A stretch of 64,000 nt of DNA from Octopus vulgaris (lineage: Eukaryota). Made by a program: the position numbers and the translations under genes. Where the stretch lies: assembly GCA_951406725.2 (NCBI GenBank), contig OX597824.1:81158001-81222000 (forward strand), read 5' to 3'. The notes under the pieces are model-generated. The model ran no database searches, was not told the DNA's origin, and saw only the letters and a list, made by a program, of their open reading frames with translations. Positions 42,621-57,572 of this stretch are shown here, one piece after another (position 1 is the first letter of the stretch; the number at the start of each line of letters is the position of its first letter).

Positions 42621-43514
42621 TAAAATGAGGGATGGGTTAAATTTTTTTTTTTTTTTACCCTGAAATGGGTGAGATCGATTTGATAGATTTCCGCAACGAT
42701 CTCCAACCTCTTGAACTTACATAACTTTACTGTCCTGAAGTAACAGTAGAAAAAGACCCTACAAAAAGTTCATCATTGTAAAAAGAAACCTGGTTCCACG
42801 TAGCTGCAAAGTGAACTGAGATAATGGTGCAAAAGTCTTGCCGGGGATTTTGCGAATTGAATTGGAAACCGTGGCGTGGTGAATATAGATCTAACGTATG
42901 CTATGAGAGAAGACATCAGCTCAAGAAACCGTGCAGTAAGTTCGACCACGAGTTGAGATTGTGATAAGCGACACATGATCGAAGTTCAACACAGCGATTT
43001 CAAACCAGGCATTACGTGATACACGGGAAACACAAACTTAGTTGCTTAACTCTGTCTAAACTACCACGCAGTAGAATTGAAACCGGTGCGTGCTTGCGAA
43101 GCACGCGTTGAATATTGTAGAAAAATACAAGCCTAGAAAGTACTGCGCAGTAGGATTGAAACCAATGAATGGTTTAACCAGACAACAACGATAACGAATA
43201 ATAAAAATCCTCCCTTTTTTATTGATTAAAATTCTCTTCAGCTAAAGTGCAATAATGACGCGGTGTTGTAGCGACTGTACACACGCCATCACAACAACCG
43301 TCGCAAGTAAAAATGGAATATATAATTTTATACGCAAACGCACGCACATGCTGTTTTTGTACGTTTAGATGTGTATGTATATGTTTATGTACGTATATAC
43401 ATGCTTATATAAATATACTCCCACGGAAGCACGAATGCTTATATGCTATTATACGCAAACATATACACATATATGTATATGTATATATACATATGTATAT
43501 ATATATATATACAC

Positions 43515-43555
<41 letters not shown>

Positions 43556-43631
43556 CATATACATACACATATATGTTATACATATAAAAATGATGTATAT
43601 ATATATGTTTATACATACACATACACACACT

Positions 43632-43675
<44 letters not shown>

Positions 43676-44060
43676 CGTACATATATATATATACTTTTAC
43701 ACCCTTATACACACATATATAAACGTGTGTATATATGTATGTATGTATGTATGAATTCCTCGTAATGTCGACGAAGTTTGTTAGTTATGCATAAAGAAAC
43801 AATACTGTATTGATTAGGCTGATCGATATAGATTGTAAGTGAGCTCTATGTAGGGACCCAAACAAAGACGAACATTGGGATAAACAGAGATAGATAGGGA
43901 CAGGGAGAGGAAGAGTGTCTGATATAGAAAGAGAGAGAGAGAGAGTGAAAGAGAGGGAGAGTGGAAGATGTCATAGAGTTAGTTATGGATACGCATGGAG
44001 GGGTTGAACATTTACATAGGAAGACAGACTGAATTAATGAGATACAGAAGCACTAAATTG

Positions 44061-44115
<55 letters not shown>

Positions 44116-45032
44116 TACACACATATACACACAGAAGCTGTCTGGCTTAGTGGTTGGGGAGAACGGGGAGATAAGACGTGTTTACTATGTTAGAATGATT
44201 CAGAGAATTGCAAATCTATTATACTGGAATTGAACTATCTAAGCAAGTTAAAAGTTGGACATGTTTCAGGAAATATCGATGCAAGGGTCCAAAAACGGCT
44301 GTAAATGGTCATTATATTTTCTCCTGGTAACAAGAATGGTATCTTCTAGAGTTATTAATGTATATGGATAAGTGTTCTGTAACGAATCGGTATTTTATAA
44401 TGGATAATAATCATCCTTTACACACCAGATATATTTGGAGAGTCTGGTGGGGAGACGTCCTACTGAGTCTCTGAGAGCATACGTATGTTTGAAGGATAAT
44501 TTTTTTAAGGGCATTTGAATAGCCCTCCTTAGTTTTCTCTGTAAATGTTGACAGACCTTAACGTTTTAAACCAGTGCTGACCTCAAGGCAGACCTTAGCC
44601 TTTTAAACCAGTGCTGTAGAATCACATATGTGGAAAGTTACGCAAAATTGGAAGTAGCTACAGACCAGAGACAACTGTAGCTCATTTTAACGTGTTTCTA
44701 TTTAAATCCGTATGCTATCATTGGTTTCTGTAGAAATGCTTATTCATAAAGATTAGAACTTGAAAAATTTATATTATACAATATTTCGTTTGCTACATTA
44801 AGGGAAGCTCTATATTGTAGCACAAGAAGTTAAATTAAATTCATCATTTCCCTACTACTTGGTTACTATCTTTCAACTCCCGATTCGCCGCAGTAGGCTG
44901 TGTTGAAACATCCTGAACGAGTTATTAGGAAGTAGTGAATGATGTAAGAATGCACGTACGTACGTACGTAAGTATGTATGTATGTATGTATGTATGTATG
45001 TATGTATGTATGTATGTATGTATGTATGTATG

Positions 45033-45063
<31 letters not shown>

Positions 45064-45704
45064 GTATGTATGTATATATATATATACTTTATAAAAATAG
45101 GGTAAAGTAAAATAATTTACTTTACCACACACCGAGCTTTTTAGAAATAGCAGCCAAAAGTTTGGCTATTTCTTCTACTGCAAGAAAAAGTCTCCCAGAC
45201 AATGCATACTCAGAAATAACACACATAGTTATAAGGGAAAAAACAACGAAAGATCACATCCATATGAGATCACCCGAGGACAGCCTGTTTCTGGATTAGT
45301 GGATTAAACGCCAACATTTCCTTCATCAGCTCAGAAATTTCTTCTGATTTAGATTTGAAAGTACTAAGAATCAAACATACCCGTCCGATATATGTAACAC
45401 CGGACAAACCATATATATATGTAGATATGTAGGTATGTTTTGCTTTTTAACTATTAAAACTCTTTCTTTGTGGAAGGAGCTGGTTTCTGACAAAGATACA
45501 AGGCTCCAACATTAGAAAAGAAGAAAATTCTTTATCACAAACTATAAGGTGAAGTCTCTAACATTTTCTAAATCTATTAAGCCGTTAAAAAACGAGCATG
45601 ACAGCAGAAGAGTACAAACTTCGAATTTAAATATATTTTCCAGCCACGTGCTTTTACATATATGTGTAGCTACAAGTATACATGAATATACCTGTCTGTC
45701 TGTA

Positions 45705-45735
<31 letters not shown>

Positions 45736-45802
45736 CTGTCTGATTATCTATCTATCTCTGTCTATCTGACTGACTGTCTGTCTATCTATCTATCTATCTA
45801 TC

Positions 45803-45928
45803 TTTTTATTTTTATCATTTTTTAATTTTTTTTATTTTTTATTTATTTTTTTTTCATCCCCCAAAAGAAAAGCTCTACCTTGTAACTTGTCCCATCTGTG
45901 TGCAGCACTGTGTGGCCAATAAAGAAAC

Positions 45929-45929
<1 letters not shown>
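45803..45929 (+). mobile_element. Extreme 3' end of the same Tx1-like LINE
   Basis: aaaagaaaagctctaccttgtaa...tgtgtggccaataaagaaac; flanked by (TCTA)n. Confidence 0.85.
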
Positions 45930-45992
<63 letters not shown>

Positions 45993-45995
45993 TTA

Positions 45996-46066
<71 letters not shown>

Positions 46067-46072
46067 CTCTCT

Positions 46073-46484
46073 CTTTTGTCTAGCGAATGTTTCAAAAAAC
46101 TGATGGGTGAATGTAGCAAAGATGGCACGTATGAATGACGAAGCCACCGTGAGCCTAATCCTATGAACCCGGAAAATTGAAAACATAGGGTTACCTACTT
46201 GCAAACAATGTGGTAACATGTAACATTATTGACCGAGGTTACCGTGGTCTTTTCCGTAGGTTTTTCTTTCCACGGTTATACCTGATTTGCTTCCCCCTTT
46301 ACACTTTACATCATGACATTTCTGTGATACACGATCCCTATTGATCGTTTTTTTCTTCTTTCCCTTTTACGATACCTTTTGATCGAAAACCTACCCCACT
46401 TTTTTTTCTCTCCCCTAAAAAGAAAATCTCTACTTTGTAATCTGTCCCGTCTGTGTGCAGCCCTGTGTGGCTAATAAAGAAACA
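46073..46484 (+). mobile_element. Shorter 3' copy of the same Tx1-like LINE
   Basis: Aligns to 30724-31213; flanked by (TCTA)n. Confidence 0.88.
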
Positions 46485-46486
46485 TG

Positions 46487-46581
<95 letters not shown>

Positions 46582-46816
46582 GTCTGTCTGTCTGTCTGTC
46601 TGTCTCCCTCTCTCTCTCTTGCTCCCCCTCTCTCTCTGTCTGTCGGTCTATCTATCCAACCATATATCCATCCATCATTCTATCCATATTAACTCATGTA
46701 ACTGTTGTTGCTTACTAAGTAATACTATCCATCGGGACAACGGGTGACTTTCCTTCAGCACTTGCAGCCTACCTACCGATAGCCATCATGAACTTCCTGT
46801 TCATTCGGATACCACG

Positions 46817-46869
46817 CATGCCTGAGGAGACAGGCTCTGTTAAGGGCGTGCGAAACATGATGTAGCACG
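46817..46869 (+). ncRNA. Type I hammerhead ribozyme-like motif with canonical core
   Basis: catgc-CTGAGGA-g ac ag gctc(tgttaa)gggc gt g c-GAAA-ca(tga)tg-TA-gcacg; GUA cleavage triplet; short tail then (TA)n. Confidence 0.7.
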
Positions 46870-46932
46870 GAATCAAATTCAAACTCTTTTGAATTATATA
46901 TATATATATATATATATATACTGTATATATAT

Positions 46933-47339
46933 AGGCGTAGGAGTGGCTGTGTGGTAAGTAGCTTGTTTACCAACCACATGGTTCCGGGTTCAGTCCCACT
47001 GCGTGGCACCTCGGGCAAGTGTCTTCTATAGCCTCGGGCCGACCAGAGCCTTGTGAGTGGATTTGGTAGACGGAAACTGAGAGAAGCCCGTCGTATATAT
47101 GTATATATATATGCGTGTGTGTGTTTGTGTATCTGTGTTTGTCCCCCTAGCATTGCTTGACAACCGATGCTGGTGTGTTTATGTACCCGTCAACTAGCGG
47201 TTCGGCAAAACAGACCGATAGAATAAATACTGGGCTTACAAAGAATAAGTCCCGGGGTCGAGTTGCTTAACTAAAGGCGGTGCTCCAGCATGGCCGCAGT
47301 CAAATGACTGAAACAAGTAAAAGAGTAAAAGAGTAAGAG
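46933..47339 (+). mobile_element. tRNA-derived SINE family D (~410 bp, internal (TA)n(TG)n, gtaaaaga tail repeats)
   Basis: tggctgtgtgg / ggttcagtccc boxes; more than 10 copies or fragments in the window. Confidence 0.9.
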
Positions 47340-47981
47340 TATATATATATATATATATATATATATTGGGTATGGTAGATGAGTTCAGCAAAAATTTAGA
47401 TTCAGATGATTAAGGTACTTAAGTTGAGGTAGCAAAATTTAGTACGGTATAATCCATACAATTTCAAAGTAAGGTGATTAAAATCAAAATAAGCAACAAG
47501 GATATCCAAAGGTAATGTAGTATGATCGTTTCATGCAACTCCATTTAATTGAACAATGCAATCATTATATCAGTTTAAAATGTAGAGCAATCTTTAGCTG
47601 CACAAAGACATAGAATTTAATTAAATTAGAACAGATGGACACATTCGTATAATGTATATACTTATGTGTATGTATGTGTATCTATCTATCTATCTATATA
47701 TATATATATATATATATGAAACCGGCCTTAGCAAACATATTCTTTCTGTTTTGCTAGAAAGAGGTAGAAACTGATCAGTCCGGGATGTATCGTTAATGGT
47801 AAATGTTTTTGATTTTCACTCTCGATAAATTTATCCCTTCTTTGTGTCCCTAGCACTTGGCATCCTTATTTAGGAGCCCTTAATTATATTTCTATATGAA
47901 TAATATTTTGTCTAATGACTAATTCGTCTTTTATGCTGGGCCACTGGTAGTAATCTATGTTATTACCCTTTTTTGATTATA

Positions 47982-48040
<59 letters not shown>

Positions 48041-48307
48041 TTATACACACAAGCACACACACAAATATATATATGCGGGACATCCATTTACAGGATCATT
48101 CATTCTTGTGAATAGACTCACCTTCTAACAACCTACAACCTCCATCATGGACAGTGTTGTGCAGGGGTTACATGCCACCATAAACGACATGGAAAGATAC
48201 ATACATGTACACAAACAACAGACAAAATCTATTTCTGCCAGTGTCCAGTACCATATGCCTTGCGGAAGCTACCATGATATATATATATATATATATACAT
48301 ATATATA

Positions 48308-48470
48308 GGATCTTTGCATTATCATTTTCGATGATCCCTTCGGGTTTATATTCGTCCCAATTTTTCTTCTGTCAGCTCCATACTTGTTGCAAAATGTCCA
48401 TTGAACAATCCTTGCTACGTTGTCATGACGTCTCTTACATTGTTCCTGGGCTAGTGGCATACATTGACTA
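48308..48470 (-). mobile_element. R4/Dong-like LINE fragment (RHD motif)
   Basis: CMPLAQEQCKRRHDNVARIVQWTFCNKYG. Confidence 0.75.
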
Positions 48471-48513
48471 GTTATTATTAATGTCATTATCATTATCATA
48501 ATTATTATTATTA

Positions 48514-48610
<97 letters not shown>

Positions 48611-48611
48611 C

Positions 48612-48738
48612 AGGTAGTTTTATTTTTATAGCGTGCTTTCACTTCACTACCGAGCGCAGCTCTGTGTGCCTTGGGTATGTGCTGTGATTTGCTGCGATGC
48701 TCTTATAGTTATTGTATTCAAAGTGTTTTGCGTAGGAT
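48612..48738 (-). mobile_element. 3' end of the R4/Dong-like LINE with (ATA)n tail
   Basis: Homologous to 52921-53045. Confidence 0.75.
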
Positions 48739-48856
48739 CGGGGTCGATTAAATAAGTACCAGTTACGCACTGGAGTCGATATAATCGACTTAATCCGTTT
48801 GTCTATCCTTATTTGCCCCCTGTGTGTGTAGCTCCTTGTGGGCAGTAAAGAAATAA

Positions 48857-49023
<167 letters not shown>

Positions 49024-49054
49024 TAGTACTACTATTATTATTATCATCATCATC

Positions 49055-49125
<71 letters not shown>

Positions 49126-49148
49126 TACTACTATTATTATTATCATCA

Positions 49149-49214
<66 letters not shown>

Positions 49215-49215
49215 C

Positions 49216-49256
<41 letters not shown>

Positions 49257-49699
49257 TAATAATATTAATATTATAATTGTTATTATTTTTATTATCATCA
49301 TTATTATTATTATTTCTATAACAATTATAATCACCAACAACAAGTTTAGATAACTTCGTCAGCAGCCGAATAATCAACCGACATGGAATGCGCCGCCCGC
49401 CAGTCGACAGCGTCAGCGTCAGCAGTGTCCTATTGCAGTAGGTTAATATAATAATAGCCAGCCGTCTACAGCAAATACAATAGACACCACATACGTATAC
49501 TAAAACGATAGACCGAAGGCAAAGGAAACAAAAACACATGAATATAATCACACATTCAAACACATAAACACACATTATAAAACAAAAACAAAACAGTGTT
49601 ATAGATTCGGTCGTCAATCTACTGTTGCTAAGCGGCTTCCACGAATCACATTTTTTTGATTTTGTGCTGTTTTTTTTTTTACTTTTGCTTTATACATAC

Positions 49700-49746
<47 letters not shown>

Positions 49747-49930
49747 TGTATAGATATACATATATATGTATATACATATACATATATATATATATGCATA
49801 TATACATATAGATATATACGCATATATATATATATATGCATATACATATACATTATATATATATATATTTATATGTATATGCATATATGCATTAATATAT
49901 ATATATCCACGCATATATATGTACATATAT

Positions 49931-49961
<31 letters not shown>

Positions 49962-49978
49962 TATATATGTACTTATAC

Positions 49979-50020
<42 letters not shown>

Positions 50021-50326
50021 CTGTGTGTGTGTGTGTGTGTGTGCGTGTGTATGTACGTGTGTATATGCGTGTCTGGTTTGTGTATGTTTTTTTGTCTCCC
50101 TAATTTTATAAAGCTGAAAGAAGACACATAGGGCGATCATAGCTTTCATATGACGAACAATAACAGAGAACTAAATGAATATAAAAACAGCTTGAATACA
50201 TGTGGGTCTGTGTTCGTGTGTGCGAGTGTGTGTGTGTGCGTGTGTATACGTGTACGTTAATCTATGTATATATCTGCATATATATGTACCTATGTATGTA
50301 TATATGTATGGGTGTTTGTGTATACG

Positions 50327-50362
<36 letters not shown>

Positions 50363-50479
50363 CATCACGTCATCACGTGACCGACCAGTCCATCAAATGT
50401 AGTTACACATCGCTGGTCACAATGCGATCGCATTGTTTTAGCCTTCGAATGACGCCACCCCGCTGGCTAAGCGAGCAGG

Positions 50480-50535
<56 letters not shown>

Positions 50536-50993
50536 TATATACATATATATGCTCATGTATATATGTGTGTGTGTGTGTGTGTGTGTGCATGTACGGGTAT
50601 GTATAATTAGTTGAGTGAAGTTCATAGTGATGATAATGATAATGACGATGACAATGATGATGATGATGGCGGTGGTGGTGACGGTTATTATTTTCAATAT
50701 AAACACATGGTCCAAACCTTCGTAAGGTAACGTCGGGATACATGTATTGGTAGAACTGCAAGGGCCTTAGAGATTTCCTTGTCTTTTGAACAACCTCCTC
50801 CGCCACACGCAGCCATTTCTACATAGCGGACCCAGCCGTAGTTGATCAAGTCCTAACCTGGCCTACACGTTAGCAGGGAGCCATCGGTTCACTCATTATC
50901 CAAACTGTACTAATTTGCCTTCTCTGCAAATTAGCTAATGGTTTCTGTCAAATTCCTATAGTTTCCAAATCCTGGCAGTCTTGTAGAATAAAT

Positions 50994-51306
50994 GGGTCTT
51001 TTCACTTTGACCAGCAGATTTTTTAAATAATTTCTTTGTTACTAAACACTTTTAAACACCGCAGGAAATTTTTGTTGACAAACTACAGCAGAAATTGTAT
51101 TCACCTCAATAGACGTCACTGATTGGTTGAAATTGCCGAAATGCAAGGAATTTAACAACAAATAGCTTACAAACTACAGAATTTTCCCAAGAAAGTCAAG
51201 AGAAAAAGATGTTTTATGTAACACATTCTACCAGTATACGAAGCTTAAACGTGTTTAGTTACAAAGAAATTATTTTAAAAATCTGCTCGTCAAAGTGGAA
51301 AGGTCC
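50994..51306. mobile_element. MITE with ~60-bp imperfect TIRs, GG termini and 8-bp TSD (Merlin-like)
   Basis: TSD gaataaat at 50986-50993 and 51307-51314; gggtcttttcactttgaccagcagattttt / aaaaatctgctcgtcaaagtggaaaggtcc. Confidence 0.8.
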
Positions 51307-51386
51307 GAATAAATGCCTCAAAATCTCCAGCAGTCTCTTTCAATTGCTTCGTAACTTGCTCGCCGTTCCCAGCTCCCTCCACTGCT

Positions 51387-51606
51387 CCTGATGCAGTACC
51401 AAAGAGTGTCTCTCATGGTTTCTGATCTTAACTGATTGGCAGTGTTATCGTGTACATTGCTTTGTCTTGGTATGAGCTACAGCAAATATTCTGCTCAACA
51501 CTAGAGATTTGCTTGTCATTTTTTACATTTACCAGTTGAGCATGTCCTTTGGTGGATCACCACATGTGCACCTCTGATCACGAGCAGAAGTAGTGGGGGA
51601 GCATCA
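51387..51606 (+). mobile_element. Short form of the 11698-12249 repeat
   Basis: Direct sequence similarity; ends in (AAT)n. Confidence 0.8.
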
Positions 51607-52380
51607 ATAATAATAATAATAATAATAATAATATTTCACTCACAAGTCTCCTATATGTATTATTTCTTGGGCGCTCTCAGTTCCCATGCGGTCACCTGTT
51701 TGGTGGGATCCGAGAAGACAACAATATCTAGGGAGCTTGTTGTTGGTATGACGTTTCAATAAGGCGGTGAGCTAGCAGAATCGTTAACACGACCAGCAAA
51801 ATGCTTAGCGACATTTCATCCATCTTCTTCACGTCGTGAGTTCAAATTTTGCCGTGGTAAACTTTGACATTTATCTTTCCGAGGTCGATCAAATAAGAAC
51901 ACTAGGATCGATATAAACGACTTACCCCTACCTTAAATTACAGGCCTTGTTCCAGAATCGATATGATGGGTTTTAGAAACATCAGCTTCTCAATGTGATC
52001 GTCAGTTTAGTTATTTACAATGTTCGGCCAATAACTTGCTTTAACTGACCACGAAAAGACGAACGGTGGTGTTCATATATACGGGATTTGAATTCATACT
52101 GTAAGGAATGGCCTCTTTCAGTTCTAAAACCTTCCCCTCAAAACTACTGCCTGCGACGCGCTGGCCGTATCTTCATCTCGCCGAACAAAATGCTCGATCG
52201 CATTTCGTCCGTTTTGACGTTCTGAGTTCAAATTCTGCTGAGGTCTGCTTTACCTTTCATTCTTTCAGGGTCGATGAAATAAGTACCAGTGATATACTGT
52301 GGTCGATGTAATCGACTAGCCCACTCCCCACAAATCCAAGGCTTTATGCCTGTAGTAATAATAATGATTATTATTATTAA

Positions 52381-52443
<63 letters not shown>

Positions 52444-52675
52444 GGTGGCGTGGTGGCAGAATTGTTAGCACATTGGATAAAATGCTTAGCGGTATTTTGC
52501 GCGTCGCTCCAATCAAATTCTGCCAAAGCGGACTTTGCCTTTCATCCTTCCGGGGTCGATAAAATAAGTACCAATTGAACACTGGAGGTCGATGTAATCG
52601 ACTCTTCCCCTCTTTCAAAATAGCTACCCTTGTGGCAAAATTTGAAACCATTATTATTATTATTATCATTATTAT

Positions 52676-52895
52676 TGATGCTCCCCCACTAGTTCTACTC
52701 GTGATCAGAGGTGCACATGTGGTGAGCCACCAACGGACATGCTCAACTGGTAAATGTAAAAAATGACAAGCAAATCTCTAGTGTTGAGCAGAATATTTGC
52801 TGTAGCTCATACCAAGACAAAGCAATGTACATGATAACACTGCCAATCAGTTACGATCAGAAACCATGAGAGACACTCTTTGGTCCTGCATCAGG
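52676..52895 (-). mobile_element. Short form of the 11698-12249 repeat
   Basis: Reverse complement of 51387-51606 with the same end points. Confidence 0.8.
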
Positions 52896-52920
52896 GTGTT
52901 TTTTAATGCTATCATTATCA

Positions 52921-53395
52921 TTCAGTAGTCTTATTTTTCTCGCGTGCTTTCACTGCGTTACAGAGCGCAGCCCTGTGCGCCTTGGTTATGTAGTGTGGTT
53001 TATTGTGGTGCTCTTATTTTTAATGTATTGAAAGTGTTTTACGTCGGTTGTGTACGGTGACTAAGAGAGCTATTTTTTGTATGTTATATATATGTGTTAG
53101 TCGTGGTGTTTTTATTATGTATTTGTCAGAATATTTTTTCTATCATACCCGATGTGCCTACTATAATAGGAACAGCTTCTGTCAGGAGACTCCACATTCA
53201 AGTTACATCTGTTCCTAGGTCTTTGTATTTTGAAAGCATCTCCGTTTTTTTTAGAGAAACATTGTCATCTGTTGGTATTGATACATCAATTAGAAAACAT
53301 TTGTTTCTTGATGATCTCTGACAACTACATACGGCCTATTGGCTTCAATTTCTCTGTCTGCGTGTGTTGGCATATCCCAGAGTATGGATGCACTC
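52921..53395 (-). mobile_element. R4/Dong-like LINE RLE domain and 3'UTR remnant
   Basis: ILWDMPTHADREIEANRP.VVVRD, CFLIDVSIP, KYKDL, PIIVG, YNIQKIALL...RKTLSI across frameshifts. Confidence 0.8.
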
Positions 53396-53552
53396 TCTTT
53401 CTTCTTCTTCTTCTTCTTCTTCTTCTTCTTCTTCTTCTTCTTCTTCTTCTTCTTCTTCTTCTTCTTCTTCTTCTTCTTTTCTTCTTCTTCTTTTCTTCTT
53501 CTTCTCCGTCTTATCCTATCAAATATTATTGTCGTAGTTTCTCTTGTTATTA

Positions 53553-53605
53553 ACAAAGCCTTGTGAGTGGATTTGGTAGACTGAAACTGAAAGAAGCCCG
53601 TCGTA

Positions 53606-53702
<97 letters not shown>

Positions 53703-53934
53703 GTCTGTGTATATGTTTGTGTGTCTGTGTCTGTCCCCCCAACCTCGCTTGACAACCGATGCTGGTGTGTTTACATCCCCGTAAACTAGCGGTTCGGCAA
53801 AACAGACCGATAAAATAAGTACTAGGCTTACAAAGAATAACTCCTGGGGACGATGTGCTTGACTATAGGCGGTGCTCCAGCGTGGCCACAATTAAATGAC
53901 TCAAACAAGTAATAGAGCAAAAGAGTAAAAGAGT
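53553..53934 (+). mobile_element. SINE family D, 5'-truncated
   Basis: Similarity to 47045-47339. Confidence 0.85.
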
Positions 53935-54076
53935 ATAACTATCATAGTCATATTAACATAAATATGAGGCAAGTATCTTGTGTGTTGGTCTAGGTAATGA
54001 AATGATCTGCATTACTCGTCTGGTGTTTTAATTCATAGAACCTAAGGAAGTATGAAAGGTAAATGAACACAAATAT

Positions 54077-54244
54077 AGGCGCAGGAGTGGCTGTGTGGTA
54101 AGTAGCTTGCTAAACAACCACATGGTTCCGGGTTCAGTCCCACTGCGCGGCATCTTGGGCGTCTTCTGCTATAGCCCCGGGCCGACCAATGCCTTGTGAG
54201 TGGATTTGGTAGACGGAAACTGAAAGAAGGCTGTCGTATATATG

Positions 54245-54281
<37 letters not shown>

Positions 54282-54497
54282 TTGTGTGTCTGTGTTTGTC
54301 CCCCTAGCATTGCTTGACAACCGATGCTGGTGTGTTTATGTACCCGTCAACTAGCGGTTCGGCAAAAGAGACCGATAGAATAAGTACTGGGCTTCCAAAA
54401 AGAATAAGTCCCGGGGTCGATTTGCTCGACTAAAGGCGGTGGTCCAGCATGGCCGCAGTCAAATGACTGAAACAAGTAAAAAGAGTAAAAAGAGAGA
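54077..54497 (+). mobile_element. SINE family D
   Basis: Full-length match. Confidence 0.9.
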
Positions 54498-55646
54498 GTA
54501 TCTGCAAAATTTGAACTCGAAATCCAAGCGAAGGGACTATAACTAAATACCGCAAAGCATTTTTTTTTGTTCTGTAAATCCACAGTCATTTATCTGTCAA
54601 TTCAACAACGCTAAAGAATAATTTTAGTGAGATGAGTGCAACGGTGAACATGACGGCGACGAAGAGGACGATGATGATGATGATCATGACGATGATGATG
54701 ATGACGATGATGATGATGATGATGATGAAAATGACGACGACGATGATGATGATGATGATGATGATAATGATGAAGGTGATGATGATGATGATGATGATGA
54801 TAATTGTAATGATGATGATGATGACGATGATGATGATGATGATGATGATGATAATTGTAATGATGATAATGATGACGATGATGATGATGATGATGATGAT
54901 GGTAATGATGATGATGATGACGACGACGATGATGATTATGACGATGATGATGATGATGATAATGATGATGATGATGATGATAATGATGAAGATGATGATG
55001 ATGATGACGATGATGATGATGATTATGACGATGATGATGATGATGATGATAATGATGAAGATGATGATGATGATGAAGATGATGATGATGATGATGATGA
55101 CGATGAAGATGATGATAATTGTAATGATGATAATGAGGATAATGATGACGATGATGATGATGATGATGATGATGGTAGTAATGTTGCTGCTGCTGGTGAT
55201 GATGAATGCGATCATGGCTGCTACAACGATGATACTAATGATGGTGATGACGTGTGTGTATGTGTGTGTGTGAGGAGGAAAGGATTGTGATGATGATGGT
55301 GGTGATGGTGGTGGTGGTGATGATGGTAACAAACAAGAAAAAAAAAAGACGAGATTATAAAAATAATAACAAACAACATAGAAAACAAAAAAAAAGGAAG
55401 GAAACAGTTACAATTGGTGTCAGTAAGTTAAAACATTCATGATTCATTGCTTTGGAATTGGTTGCTACGCCATGTTCTTGTCTTCACACACACACACAAA
55501 CACGCGCGCGCACACACACAGAAACACACACACGCGACACGCACAGTCTCACAAATACACAAGCGACTATTGTATGTGAATTTATGTCCCCCCCCGCCAC
55601 ACATATGTATATATATATAAACAGAGAGAGAGAGAGAAAGGCAAGG

Positions 55647-55688
<42 letters not shown>

Positions 55689-55857
55689 GATTGATATATT
55701 GATGGATATATAGGCAGATACATAGATAGATAGAGTTACTTTTTTGTTTGTTTCAGCCATTGGACTGCGGCCATTCTGGATCAGTGCTTTAAGCGCATTT
55801 AGTTGATCAATTCAATCTGCTACCTTTTAGGGATATATATACATATATATACACACT

Positions 55858-55920
<63 letters not shown>

Positions 55921-55975
55921 ATGTGTGTGTGTGTATGTGTGTGCATGTGTGCGTGTGTGTGTATGCGTGTGTGTC

Positions 55976-56007
<32 letters not shown>

Positions 56008-57062
56008 TGTGTGTATGAATACATATATATATGCAAGTTCATTGTCGAAACGGTAAAGAACAAAATAATAGGTTACAAGAAGCGGTACGAATATAAACAT
56101 ACATACAAACATACATGCATACATGCATACATACATACATACATACATACATACATACATACATACATACATACATACATACATGCATGCATACATGCAT
56201 ATATATATATATACATTTATGATTCATACATACATACATACATACATACATACATACATACATACATACATACATACATACATACATACATACATACATA
56301 CATACATACATACATACATACATACATGCATGCATGCATACATACATACATACATACGTACATACATACTTACATACATGCATGCATGCATACGTACATA
56401 CATACATACATACATACATACATACATACATACATACATGCATGCATACATATGCTTGTGTTTACAACCCCCACTCCGTATATACAGAAACACTTACACA
56501 TACTTTTACATATATATTTAAAAATTAACCACCATAGGAATCGAACTCGCACACATTCAGATGTACCTACAAATGCATGCATGCCTATATAAGCTGGAAC
56601 GGGTGCAACGGTGAGCTTATACCTCGACAAGAAAAACTTAACGGCAGATATTGCTCATTGTAAAAACATTTGCAATCACACAATAAATATATATTCATCT
56701 ATTAAATCAATTTAAGTACATACATATGCAAACGTATACACACAGATAGACAGAGATATCGATGCATACATACACGCATACACATACGTTGTTGTTGCAT
56801 ACACATATGTTTATATACACACAGACATGCATACGTACGTCCATTACATATATATACACATGTAAAAGATTTGCGCTTCTCAGACGCCAGCTATGATGTC
56901 ACCTAAGATTTGCCATATATGTCGAGAAGGCGGGGCTCCTGGCTGAAGTTTTACATGGTAACAAAGTCCAAACACAACCGTATTGTATATGCACGTGTAT
57001 GTGCATGTGGGGGAGTGTGTTAGAGTATGTGTATATGTATGTATGTGTGCATGTATGTAGGT

Positions 57063-57110
<48 letters not shown>

Positions 57111-57141
57111 GTATATATGTATGTGTATATGTATACATATC

Positions 57142-57181
<40 letters not shown>

Positions 57182-57217
57182 GTATATATATACATATATA
57201 TGTGTGTGTGTGTGTGT

Positions 57218-57572
57218 AAGGCGCAGGAGTGGCTGGGTGATATGTAGCTTGCTTACCAACCACATGGTTCCAGGTTCAGTTCCACTGCGTGGGAACCTGG
57301 ACAAGTGTCTTCTATTGTAGCCTTGGGCCAACCAAAGACTTGTGAGTGGATTTGGTAGAAAGAAACTGAGGGAAGCCCGTCGTATATATATATGTATATG
57401 GTTGTGTGTCTATCGACCATCGCTTGGCAGCCGATCCTGGTATGTTTACGTCCCCGTAGCTTAGCAGTTCGGCAAAAGAGGCCAATAGAATAAGTACTAG
57501 GTTTACAAAGAATAAGTCCTGGTTCGATTTGCTCGACTAAAGGCGGTGCTCCAGCATGGCTGCAGTCAAATG
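57218..57572 (+). mobile_element. SINE family D
   Basis: Near full-length match. Confidence 0.85.

Noticed and set aside
44552-44616. 28-bp direct repeat with a 9-bp spacer
   Set aside because: Simple local tandem duplication with two units only
47500-47735. gaaacgatc (- strand) and gaaaccggcc (+ strand), resembling HHR 3' halves
   Set aside because: No upstream CUGANGA-like box can be identified
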